Numbered from the stretch's first letter, positions 18,436 to 26,783 are shown. The stretch is DNA of 64,000 bases from Candidatus Onthousia faecavium (GCA_018711135.1 DVIS01000026.1:3172-67171); one strand, 5' to 3'. Program-made: numbers and translations. The notes: generated from the letters alone by a model not told the origin.

Positions 18436-18683
18436 TGAGAGTAACAAGTGTTAATTTAAGAAAGATTGAAGATAAAGGAAATATAAAGGCTTATGCAACT
18501 ATTATCTTAGATGATTGCTTAGCAATTCATGGAATTAAGCTAATTAAAGGTAAAGAAAGAGACTTTATAGCATTTCCAAATGAAAAAGGGAAGGATGGAA
18601 AATATTATGATCATGTTCATCCTATAGTTTCTAGTTTAAGAGATGAAATAGAAACTGCTATTTTACAGAAATATAACAGCTAA
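18435..18683 (+). CDS. spoVG: SpoVG-family protein (phage-encoded)
   Basis: MRVTSVNLRKIEDKGNIKAYATIILDDCLAIHGIKLIKGKERDFIAFPNEKGKDGKYYDHVHPI is colinear with bacterial SpoVG (MEVTDVRLRRV...KA.ASIT.D..FV.HDI.VI.G..GLFVAMPS....G...D..HPI). Confidence 0.8.
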   Translation: MRVTSVNLRKIEDKGNIKAYATIILDDCLAIHGIKLIKGKERDFIAFPNEKGKDGKYYDHVHPIVSSLRDEIETAILQKYNS

Positions 18684-18819
18684 TAATAATTTATTAAAAA
18701 GTAAGAAAGAAACACCATAAGTTCTGTTGTTACCTTTCGTCTCCTTAAAATCTTTACGTTGTGCAGGCGAGTTTGACTTACTGAGTTTGGCCTTGCATAT
18801 TTTGAAAGGGGTTAGTAAT

Positions 18820-19650
18820 ATGGGAGATTTATTGAACAAATTAGATGAATTTGTCTTAAGTTTAAAAGAAAATGAGAAAGCTGATAAAACAATAAAAAAA
18901 TATAAAACCAATATAAAAGCTTTTATCGATTTTTCAAAAGATAAAGAATTAAATAAAGAGACAGTAATTAAATTTAAAGATAAATTGGATACTGTTGATG
19001 AGTATATGCCTAATACAACTAATAATTATTTAGTTGTACTTAACAAATTTTTTAAATTTATAGGAAGAGAAGATTTATGTGTAAAGATAATAAAACAGCA
19101 AATAAAATTTTCGTTGGATTATTCTTTAAGTAAATCTGATTATCATAGATTATTAAGAACAGCTAAGAAATACGAAGAAGAAGATAATTATATTATCTTA
19201 AGAATATTAGCAGAAACTGGTATTCGTATCTCTGAGTTGTCTTTTTTTAAAATTGAAGATTTATCAAAAACTATGAAGATAAGAAAAAAAGGTAAAGTAA
19301 GGGAAATACCTGTCAAGATAGATCTATTAAGAGCAATAAGAAAATATTGTCGTGATAAAAAAATAAAAGAAGGCCCAGTAATATTTAATCCTAAGACTGG
19401 CAAACCTTATGTTGATTCTACTATTTGGAGAAGATTAAAAAAGATAGCAGGAAGAGCAAGAATAAGCAAAAATGCAGTGCATCCACATGCTTTTAGACAT
19501 TATTTTGCTAAATGTTATTTAGAGACTTATCCAAATGATATAGCAGGTCTGGCTGACATATTAGGGCATAGCTCGTTAGAAACGACGAGAATATATACCA
19601 AACTAACAAACAAAGAAAAAGAGCTAAAAATAAGAAATATTAAGTTTTAG
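18820..19650 (+). CDS. tyrosine recombinase (XerC/D- or Cre-like), internal to the prophage
   Basis: ATG 18820 (the track ORF starts upstream). N-terminal SAM-like core-binding domain; catalytic signature ETGIRISEL, HPHAFRHYFA, LGHSSLETTRIY. Confidence 0.88.
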   Translation: MGDLLNKLDEFVLSLKENEKADKTIKKYKTNIKAFIDFSKDKELNKETVIKFKDKLDTVDEYMPNTTNNYLVVLNKFFKFIGREDLCVKIIKQQIKFSLDYSLSKSDYHRLLRTAKKYEEEDNYIILRILAETGIRISELSFFKIEDLSKTMKIRKKGKVREIPVKIDLLRAIRKYCRDKKIKEGPVIFNPKTGKPYVDSTIWRRLKKIAGRARISKNAVHPHAFRHYFAKCYLETYPNDIAGLADILGHSSLETTRIYTKLTNKEKELKIRNIKF

Positions 19651-19664
19651 AAGGAGGAATAGAA

Positions 19665-19979
19665 ATGACTTATATTTTAAAAAAAGGAGATTTATTTGTA
19701 ATTGGTTATGATTTAACAGAAGAGGAAGGAAAATTACCAGAACTTACTAGAGTAACATTGTCAAAAAGATATGCAATGAGAATGTCTTATGATATAGCAA
19801 GAATTATTTCAGATAGTATTAATGCAGAGGCATTAGCAGTAGAAGACAGTCCAAAGTTAGAAGAATTAAATAAATTCTTAACCCAGAGGGAAAATAAATT
19901 ACAAAAGATAGAGCAGATGTTTAAAAATGGGGTAGTTGATCTAGAAGCACTAGCCAAGTTAGTAAAGGAGGATAAATAG
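19665..19979 (+). CDS. hypothetical protein
   Basis: 104 aa; AGGAGG upstream. Confidence 0.5.
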   Translation: MTYILKKGDLFVIGYDLTEEEGKLPELTRVTLSKRYAMRMSYDIARIISDSINAEALAVEDSPKLEELNKFLTQRENKLQKIEQMFKNGVVDLEALAKLVKEDK

Positions 19980-19980
19980 T

Positions 19981-20172
19981 ATGAAATATTTTCTAAGTAT
20001 CATGAAATATGTGTCTTTAGCTACATTAATGTTTAATACATGCTTGATAGTTTATTATTTCTTTTTTGGAGATTTAATTACTACAATTACAGTTATTATC
20101 GCTGAATTTGGTTTGTTTATCGCAACTTATTTATTAAATGTTTTTTCAGAAGAAGCTTGGATTTGTTGTTGA
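19981..20172 (+). CDS. small membrane protein
   Basis: 63 aa, two hydrophobic helices. Confidence 0.45.
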   Translation: MKYFLSIMKYVSLATLMFNTCLIVYYFFFGDLITTITVIIAEFGLFIATYLLNVFSEEAWICC

Positions 20173-20326
20173 ATTGGATTAAATAATAGAAAATAAATTT
20201 AGTTCATAATAGCTCTTTTCAAGGTAAATAATACTGTTAAAAAATGAGCTAAAAAATGTCAAAAGTATTTTAAGAAGAAAAAGTAGATTTAATACTTATA
20301 GAGTAAAGGAAAAATAGCAATTAGAT

Positions 20327-20359
20327 TTGTGCAAGATAATAAAAGATTATCTTGCACAA
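20327..20359. promoter_or_regulatory. perfect 14-bp inverted repeat with 5-bp spacer (operator or lox-like site)
   Basis: TTGTGCAAGATAAT aaaag ATTATCTTGCACAA, ending 3 nt before the AAGGAGG of the AbrB-like gene. Confidence 0.6.
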
Positions 20360-20375
20360 AATAAGGAGGTTAGAA

Positions 20376-20609
20376 ATGACGAGAAAGATGGATGAATTAG
20401 GCAGATTAGTTATACCTAAAGAAATGAGAGAGCAATTAGAAATTGATAAAAATACTATTCTAAAGATAGAGCTAGAAGATAATAGAATAGTTATTTCTAA
20501 AGATGATAGTGACTATAGTAAAATGCTTTATGCTAACGAAGAATTAACAAGAAAAGTTATGTATTATGAAAGATTACTAGAAGAAAATAATATAAGTTAT
20601 TTAAAATAG
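20376..20609 (+). CDS. AbrB/SpoVT-family swapped-hairpin DNA-binding protein
   Basis: ATG 20376 with AAGGAGG upstream. MTRKMDELGRLVIPKEMREQLEI matches the AbrB N-terminal domain (D.LGRVVIPKE.R..L.I). Confidence 0.8.
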   Translation: MTRKMDELGRLVIPKEMREQLEIDKNTILKIELEDNRIVISKDDSDYSKMLYANEELTRKVMYYERLLEENNISYLK

Positions 20610-20622
20610 TTGGAGGAAATAA

Positions 20623-20808
20623 ATGGAAAATTGGAGAGTAGCAATACTTAGTTCTGCTATTACTGTAGCAGTGATATTAATAATAGTATTAATTAATTTA
20701 TTTATACAATCAGGGATAATTGATGTTATAAAAGAAGATTTAATAAATGACTACTGTAGTAGTATTCCTTTGAGTGAGGCTAGAGAATTGGAGGTTTGTA
20801 ATGAATAA
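20623..20808 (+). CDS. small membrane protein
   Basis: 61 aa, one TM. Confidence 0.45.
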   Translation: MENWRVAILSSAITVAVILIIVLINLFIQSGIIDVIKEDLINDYCSSIPLSEARELEVCNE

Positions 20809-21010
20809 GAGTGCTAAAGAGATGTTTGAAGAATTGGGATTAAGTTATTCAAATAATGGTTATCAAATATGCTATTATAATGATTTTGAAGATAAGTATA
20901 TATGGTTTTTCACCGAAACACAAACAATAGAAATTAATTTTGACATTAACGTTAACTATTTGCAAGCAATAAATCAACAGTGTAAAGAATTGGGGTGGTT
21001 TAATGAATGA
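20801..21010 (+). CDS. hypothetical protein
   Basis: ATG 20801 after GGAGG; 69 aa. Confidence 0.5.
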   Translation: MNKSAKEMFEELGLSYSNNGYQICYYNDFEDKYIWFFTETQTIEINFDINVNYLQAINQQCKELGWFNE

Positions 21011-21314
21011 AATAACTGGTGAAGCATTGCTAAAGCAGATGATAGAGCTAGATCCTAGTAATCTAGACGAAAATACTCGAAAATTATTTTATAAAATTAT
21101 GGAGGTTATTGATGAGAGAGATAGTTTGCTTAAAGAAAATCAAGAATTAAGAATACAAATTAGCGCAAGGGAAGAGGTTGCTAATCAGTATAAAGAGAGA
21201 ATTGATAAATTAAGTAAGATTATTTATGAAATAAAAGAACTTACGGAAGAAACAGGTGGATATCCTAGTAATTATATAGATAATTTACTAGACATATTAA
21301 AAGAGGGGGAATAA
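21003..21314 (+). CDS. hypothetical protein
   Basis: 103 aa, overlapping start/stop with neighbours. Confidence 0.5.
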   Translation: MNEITGEALLKQMIELDPSNLDENTRKLFYKIMEVIDERDSLLKENQELRIQISAREEVANQYKERIDKLSKIIYEIKELTEETGGYPSNYIDNLLDILKEGE

Positions 21315-21836
21315 ATGAGCAACGAAATGTATGATTATCTTAATGAACACAATTATATTTCAAGAAATAAAAATAAAGATCCTTTAAAGCAGCAAGAATT
21401 ATCAAAAGAAAGAGCAGATGCTATTGCCAATAAGTATGAACAGTTAGTTAAAGAATTGAAACAAGAAAATCAAGAATTAAAACAAAAAATAAATACATAC
21501 GAAAATCCTAATGATTTAACTTTAATGTTTATGTATTGTAACGAAAAAGCAAGAGATATGATTGAAGAATTAAAAAAGGAACTTAAAGAAAAAGATGATT
21601 TCATAAATAAATTACAAGCAACGAAAGATAGGCTTGATAAATATGATTATGAAAGAACTAATCAACAAAAAGAGTTTATAGAGTATTTAGAATGCGAAAT
21701 CGACTACTGGGGAAAACAAAAAGAAGAATGGATAAAATTAGGCTTTGTGAAAATTGGTGGAGAGGCATGTTTTGAAATAATATATCGAAAAATTTTATCG
21801 AAATATAAAGAAATAACAGGTATAAAAAATGAGTAG
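21315..21836 (+). CDS. hypothetical protein
   Basis: 173 aa with a central coiled coil. Confidence 0.5.
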   Translation: MSNEMYDYLNEHNYISRNKNKDPLKQQELSKERADAIANKYEQLVKELKQENQELKQKINTYENPNDLTLMFMYCNEKARDMIEELKKELKEKDDFINKLQATKDRLDKYDYERTNQQKEFIEYLECEIDYWGKQKEEWIKLGFVKIGGEACFEIIYRKILSKYKEITGIKNE

Positions 21837-22050
21837 AACTTACAAAGATAGAAATAAACAATGGCGAGTTATAAGAAATTCTAAAATTAAAAAGGTACTA
21901 GAATGTTATAGCGATGACATTGTTGTTGGAAAAAGGAAAGATAGAAGATTAAGCCGAAAGTTAAGAAAAAGGCTTAAAAGAATAGATAACAAAGAAATAA
22001 TAGGAGTTAAAGAATACAAAAACAATTGGAGAGGAGAAAGTAGAAAATGA
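21829..22050 (+). CDS. hypothetical basic protein
   Basis: 73 aa, K/R-rich. Confidence 0.45.
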   Translation: MSRTYKDRNKQWRVIRNSKIKKVLECYSDDIVVGKRKDRRLSRKLRKRLKRIDNKEIIGVKEYKNNWRGESRK

Positions 22051-22226
22051 ATAAAGAAGAAAAAGATACATTAATTGCAGGGTATTGGTTAAAATTTGTT
22101 ACTTTGTTTAATAACATAGAAAAAGATAATTTACAAAATACTAAAGATGTTAAAAAGTTGTTATTAGATGGTATTGAAATAATAGATAAGATAATTGAAT
22201 TAGAGGACGATAATGAAAGTATTTAG
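22047..22226 (+). CDS. hypothetical small protein (59 aa)
   Basis: ATGA overlap with the upstream stop; fills the gap between track ORFs; just below the track size cut-off. Confidence 0.4.
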   Translation: MNKEEKDTLIAGYWLKFVTLFNNIEKDNLQNTKDVKKLLLDGIEIIDKIIELEDDNESI

Positions 22227-22626
22227 ATTTATGTCAAAGAAAGAATATGAAAAATTAATTAAAGGGGAAAAGTTAGTTAACAGAGCAAGACATATTGCTC
22301 ATACAACATCAATTGGCTTTTGCTTTATGGACTTAAAAGATAATCCACCTGAGGTAGCTTTCCATTATCTAATTGGTCTCGTATGTCCTGAGGTTTGTGT
22401 GATATTTAATGTTAAAAATAAGAATGTCTTGAGTAAAGGTTATGGTAGATATACTGATATTAATAGTGAAAACTTTTTTGCTAGATGTATAAGAGAAGAA
22501 TACTATACCACTCAGTATAGTAGAGAAGATTTAGAGCCTATTATGGTATCTAAAAAAATAGATCTTAATTTGAATGATTTTGGTTACATATTTAATTGGA
22601 ATGAGGTAGAAAATGTTAAAGATTAA
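22213..22626 (+). CDS. hypothetical protein
   Basis: 137 aa. Confidence 0.5.
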   Translation: MKVFRFMSKKEYEKLIKGEKLVNRARHIAHTTSIGFCFMDLKDNPPEVAFHYLIGLVCPEVCVIFNVKNKNVLSKGYGRYTDINSENFFARCIREEYYTTQYSREDLEPIMVSKKIDLNLNDFGYIFNWNEVENVKD

Positions 22627-22879
22627 AGAAAATGTAGATTTAAAAGAGTTAGGGAAAGAATTTAACCTAGAATTGTATGAGTATGAAGAATCAGGATTAA
22701 GATATGAGTCATTAATGTTAGATAATGATAGTACACAAATAGTTGTATTAGATGAAATAGATAACGAGCCTATTGGAATAATAACTAATCCAGAAGAATA
22801 TGCAATTGGATATGATGCTTGGGATAAAATATACGATTTAATCAAAGCAGACGTAGTAGAGAAAGTAGAGGATAAGTAA
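22613..22879 (+). CDS. hypothetical acidic protein
   Basis: 88 aa. Confidence 0.5.
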   Translation: MLKIKENVDLKELGKEFNLELYEYEESGLRYESLMLDNDSTQIVVLDEIDNEPIGIITNPEEYAIGYDAWDKIYDLIKADVVEKVEDK

Positions 22880-23157
22880 TGATTAATAAAGAAAGTATGA
22901 TTTGCCCATACTGTCGAGGAGAAAATGAGGAAATAAGAGGTAAGACATTTCGTACTGATGATTTTAAAAAAACTGCTGGATATTCAGAACCAACATACAG
23001 AGATCATTTAGAAATGTTTATTTTGAAAAGTAAAAATGATAAGTACGCAGGATTAATGATAGAAAATATAAATGGTGCTAGATATATTGATATTAGATAC
23101 TGCCCATTCTGTGGCAGAAAATTATATAAAAGTGATATAAAAAGAGGTGATAAGTAA
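22879..23157 (+). CDS. zinc-ribbon protein
   Basis: 92 aa; CPYC near the N-terminus and CPFC near the C-terminus. Confidence 0.55.
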   Translation: MINKESMICPYCRGENEEIRGKTFRTDDFKKTAGYSEPTYRDHLEMFILKSKNDKYAGLMIENINGARYIDIRYCPFCGRKLYKSDIKRGDK

Positions 23158-23558
23158 TGGAATTAAAAGTAGGTATGTATGTTAGAACTAAATTAAATGA
23201 TTTTTGCAATATGGTTGCTATAAGAAAAATAGAAGAAATAGACGAAGATGATGATAATAAGTTTTGGATTGATGATTATATTATGGACACCTTTGGAGAT
23301 GAACAAAATAAGTTAAGTGAAGAAGATGTCGATAAAGCAAGTGATGATATTACCGAATTAATAAAAGCAGGTGATGTTATTGAAACTCCAAAAGGAGTAT
23401 TTAAAGTTGGTTATATTGAAAATAATGTTATTTATACTGATGATAGTAAAGTTATTGCTTGTTTAAGAAAAGACGAACATCTTTGCTTTGAAAATACTAC
23501 GATTATATCAATAGTAACAAAAGAGATGTTCGATTCTGTAAAGTATGAGGTGGGATAA
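23157..23558 (+). CDS. hypothetical protein
   Basis: 133 aa. Confidence 0.5.
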   Translation: MELKVGMYVRTKLNDFCNMVAIRKIEEIDEDDDNKFWIDDYIMDTFGDEQNKLSEEDVDKASDDITELIKAGDVIETPKGVFKVGYIENNVIYTDDSKVIACLRKDEHLCFENTTIISIVTKEMFDSVKYEVG

Positions 23559-23786
23559 ATGAGTGCATATGAAACAACAATTAGCAATCCTAAAAAACAA
23601 TTAGAATTTTATAAAGATTTATCAGAACAATTACAACAAGAAAATCGAGAACTAAAAAACTCTATCAATAAAGCGGCCGAAATAATAAAAAATGACCGAA
23701 ACTATGACGATAATGACTTTGAAGGTCGTATATTTCAAAAAGATATTTTAAATGCACTGGGGGTTGATTATGATGAGTGTATATAA
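23559..23786 (+). CDS. hypothetical protein
   Basis: 75 aa. Confidence 0.5.
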   Translation: MSAYETTISNPKKQLEFYKDLSEQLQQENRELKNSINKAAEIIKNDRNYDDNDFEGRIFQKDILNALGVDYDECI

Positions 23787-23943
23787 AGAACTAAATAGAG
23801 CAGTTACTGGAAATAATTTTGTTGATAAAAACGAAGATGAGTACATTTATGCTAGTTTAAGTCAACCACCAATTAAGATAGTTGATAAAAATGGTAGTGA
23901 TGATAGGTTTGATTATACTGTTGAATGTCCTAATTGTCATTGA
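23770..23943 (+). CDS. hypothetical protein ending in a CPNC knuckle at an in-frame TGA (possibly split ORF)
   Basis: ATG 23770 after a G-rich RBS. The same frame stays open after TGA 23941-23943 to 24051 and supplies a second Cys knuckle, CSNEDC. Confidence 0.45.
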   Translation: MMSVYKELNRAVTGNNFVDKNEDEYIYASLSQPPIKIVDKNGSDDRFDYTVECPNCH

Positions 23944-24043
23944 CACGTTAATTATGGAGAAGAAATATTTATGATAAGTGGTCATCTATATTGTTCTAAT
24001 GAAGATTGTAGAAATGAAATGTTTAAGAAAGTGGGGTATGAAA

Positions 24044-24280
24044 ATGAGTGAAGAAATAGAAAAATTAATAAAAATTCAAAATAGCTTAAATAAAAATAAA
24101 TATCATTTATTTATTCAAACAAATTTAGATAATGAATATAGATGGGAGTTGTTTTTATATAATCCTGACATTGAATATTACCTTAGTAGTAATAACAGAT
24201 TTATATTAGATAGTGAAAGAGCAACTCTTGATGAATTAGAAGAATACTTAAAAAAATATAATGGCTTTGATAGGTGGTAA
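24044..24280 (+). CDS. hypothetical protein
   Basis: MSEEIEKLIKIQ...; an upstream extension of the track ORF is unlikely. Confidence 0.5.
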   Translation: MSEEIEKLIKIQNSLNKNKYHLFIQTNLDNEYRWELFLYNPDIEYYLSSNNRFILDSERATLDELEEYLKKYNGFDRW

Positions 24281-24281
24281 A

Positions 24282-24557
24282 ATGATAGAACTTAAATTAG
24301 ATTATGTGTTAAGAGATATGATCATATCAGCATTAAGATACGCATTAGGTAGAAGAACTTATATATCTGCTGAAACATCAGAATTTATTGTAGAGAATAA
24401 AGATATTATAGATGGTCGTATGAAACAAGTTATGTTATCAGATTTACAACATTATTTAGAAAGAAGAAAAGAAGGTTTTATAACTGATGATAGATGTGAT
24501 TATGATACTTGGGTAAACTTATATAATTGGTTAGATGAATTGGAGGTAGAAGAATGA
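24282..24557 (+). CDS. hypothetical protein
   Basis: ATG 24282 after AGGTGG; 91 aa. Confidence 0.5.
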   Translation: MIELKLDYVLRDMIISALRYALGRRTYISAETSEFIVENKDIIDGRMKQVMLSDLQHYLERRKEGFITDDRCDYDTWVNLYNWLDELEVEE

Positions 24558-24874
24558 AAAATATACCATTTAAGCAATTTATTAATTGCTTTAATTTTAG
24601 AACTTTTACTAACGGCGTTGGCAATAAAACAAATGAAGATACTACAATTATAAGAATATATTTGCCTTATAGTGATTCTATAAACTCTGATAAAGAATGG
24701 TTTGAATTTGGTATGTACGATTTTTGGGATAAAAGTAAAGATAAAATTAGATTATTAGAAAAAATACTTTCTAAAAATGTACTTAACTCTTATGTTACTG
24801 ATATTGAATACAATGATGGTGACGATAATGTTATTTATATATATTTATCAGATAAACAAGAAGGAGATTATTAA
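24554..24874 (+). CDS. hypothetical protein
   Basis: 106 aa, ATGA overlap. Confidence 0.5.
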   Translation: MKNIPFKQFINCFNFRTFTNGVGNKTNEDTTIIRIYLPYSDSINSDKEWFEFGMYDFWDKSKDKIRLLEKILSKNVLNSYVTDIEYNDGDDNVIYIYLSDKQEGDY

Positions 24875-24876
24875 TT

Positions 24877-25233
24877 ATGAGTGGAATTGAACTATTACAA
24901 ATGATTAAAAATAATGAAATAGAAGAAGGCACAGAAATTAATGTTTTAAGAGATAACGAAGAGTGTAACTGCTATGATGTAGTAGCTAAGCTTAAATACG
25001 TTAACGATGATTTGTTTTGGCCTTCAGGAACATTTAGAAGCTTTATGTTGTGGGATAGTGATTATTCATTTGAAATTATTGGAGGAAAAATAAAAGAAAG
25101 ATATCAATATAGTTTAATACCTCCTTATTGTAAAGATGAGGAGTTAATTGGAATAGTTAACAGAAATTTTGAACAACACCAAAAAGCAATAGATGATTTA
25201 ACAGATGCAGTTAATTATTTACTCAATAAATAA
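24877..25233 (+). CDS. hypothetical protein
   Basis: 118 aa. Confidence 0.5.
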   Translation: MSGIELLQMIKNNEIEEGTEINVLRDNEECNCYDVVAKLKYVNDDLFWPSGTFRSFMLWDSDYSFEIIGGKIKERYQYSLIPPYCKDEELIGIVNRNFEQHQKAIDDLTDAVNYLLNK

Positions 25234-25272
25234 TATGTTAGAAATTTGTAAAATAAGGAGGGAAAATATAAT

Positions 25273-25470
25273 ATGAAAACAAACGAACAGTTTTTTATCG
25301 ATAAAATTATTGATGCATTTAAAGAAGATTATCAAGGAAGTACGGCTGATGATAAAACTTTAATGATAAAAATAAGAAATAAAACTATAGAAATAGATGA
25401 TTATAATGACATGGACTTTAATGAACTTGTAAATGTAATTAAGGAGGAAATTAGTGATGAGAATAATTAA
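25273..25470 (+). CDS. hypothetical acidic protein
   Basis: 65 aa; AAGGAGGG upstream. Confidence 0.5.
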   Translation: MKTNEQFFIDKIIDAFKEDYQGSTADDKTLMIKIRNKTIEIDDYNDMDFNELVNVIKEEISDENN

Positions 25471-25627
25471 ATTATCAAGTTTATTAGGTGATAGAATATA
25501 CAAAATGAAAGAAAAAAGGAGTAGAAGAAGAAGGATAGCACAAAGAGAGTTTGAAAAGGTTGGCGAACTTATGGATAGCAATGCAAAAATAATAACAATG
25601 GGCGGGGTAAGTAGTAATAAAGAATAA
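25457..25627 (+). CDS. hypothetical small basic protein (56 aa)
   Basis: AAGGAGG at 25441-25447, ATG 25457; MRIIKLSSLLGDRIYKMKEKRSRRRR...; below the track cut-off. Confidence 0.35.
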   Translation: MRIIKLSSLLGDRIYKMKEKRSRRRRIAQREFEKVGELMDSNAKIITMGGVSSNKE

Positions 25628-25640
25628 ATTTGGAGGTACT

Positions 25641-26783
25641 ATGAAGAGAAAAAAGCTAATTCTTTATCATACTAATCCATTACAATTTGGAGGAGTAGAT
25701 ACATTTGATTATAATTTCTGTAAAAAAATGCGAGATAAATATAATATTTTATTTCTGTATAAAGATGGAAATTTAGATACTATAAGAAGACTGCAAAAGT
25801 TAAATATTGAGGTTGAAAAATATAATAGTAATAAAAAATATGTTTGTGATATTTGTCTCTTAGCAAGTGCTTGGGGAGGTTATCCTGAAACTGTTATTGC
25901 AAAAACTGGTAGATATATACAGATGATTCATGCTGACTATATAAGAGCAAAAGAAACAGGCTTTGTTTATGAAAAATGGTCTAAAACGACTGAATACGTA
26001 GCAGTAGGAAAACACGTTACATCAGTTTTTAAAAAACTTTATCCTAAAGAAAAGGTAACAACTATTTATAATATATTAGATGATAGACAAGAAACACATC
26101 ATGTATTAAAACTAATATCAGCGACTAGAGTCTCAAAAGAAAAAGGCTACGATAGAATGTTAAAATTAGCTCAAGCTCTAAAAGAACATAACATAAAATT
26201 CAGATGGATTATCTTTACCGATTTAGAACTTTATCAGCAAAAACCTTTTGATTTGGAAGAAATAGTTTATATGAAACCATCACATGATATATTTGATTAT
26301 ATAGTTGAAGCCGATTACGGAGTGCAACTATCAGATACAGAAGGTTACTGTTATTTTGTTAATGAGTGCTTACAATATGGTACACCAGTTATTTCTACTA
26401 ATTATCCGAGTAGTTATGAATCTATTGAGGACGGTGTTAATGGTTATTTATTAGATATGGATTTATCTAATTTAGATATAGATAAAATTGTAAATAGTAT
26501 TCCTAATAGATTTAATTATATTGAAAAAGGTAATACTACTGATTGGACTAAGTTATTCAATAAGAGAGTATATATACCTAAAATAAAATATGAGATTATA
26601 GCTTTAAAAGATTATATTGATAAAAGGCCAGAACTTATAATTGATGATGCATTTGAACATAATGATGCAGGAAATGCTATAATAAGAAAAAATAATATTT
26701 ATTATTTATATGACAAAGAAAGAGCTAAAGAATTGTTAGATACAGGATATGTAAAAATAGAAAAGATTAAGGAGGGTAAATGA
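25641..26783 (+). CDS. GT-B fold glycosyltransferase (group 1 / GT4-like)
   Basis: 380 aa. ISATRVSKEKGYDRMLKLA, then SDTEGYCYFVNECLQYGTPVISTNYPSSYESIEDGVNGYL, matches the C-terminal nucleotide-sugar binding half of group-1 glycosyltransferases. Confidence 0.75.
   Translation: MKRKKLILYHTNPLQFGGVDTFDYNFCKKMRDKYNILFLYKDGNLDTIRRLQKLNIEVEKYNSNKKYVCDICLLASAWGGYPETVIAKTGRYIQMIHADYIRAKETGFVYEKWSKTTEYVAVGKHVTSVFKKLYPKEKVTTIYNILDDRQETHHVLKLISATRVSKEKGYDRMLKLAQALKEHNIKFRWIIFTDLELYQQKPFDLEEIVYMKPSHDIFDYIVEADYGVQLSDTEGYCYFVNECLQYGTPVISTNYPSSYESIEDGVNGYLLDMDLSNLDIDKIVNSIPNRFNYIEKGNTTDWTKLFNKRVYIPKIKYEIIALKDYIDKRPELIIDDAFEHNDAGNAIIRKNNIYYLYDKERAKELLDTGYVKIEKIKEGK

Noticed and set aside
18759-18767. TTGTGCAGG upstream of the tyrosine recombinase as a partner site of the 20327-20359 palindrome, which would define an invertible or excisable cassette.
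   Set aside because: Only a 7-mer is shared. By my rough estimate, several chance occurrences are expected in 64 kb on two strands, and the flanking arms do not match.
23941-23943. Genome-wide TGA reassignment (code 4 or 25) as the explanation for the in-frame TGA.
   Set aside because: Many well-supported genes here terminate at TGA, often in ATGA or TGATG overlaps (for example 16393-95, 24555-57 and 6186-88 region neighbours). Reading TGA as sense would fuse unrelated genes.
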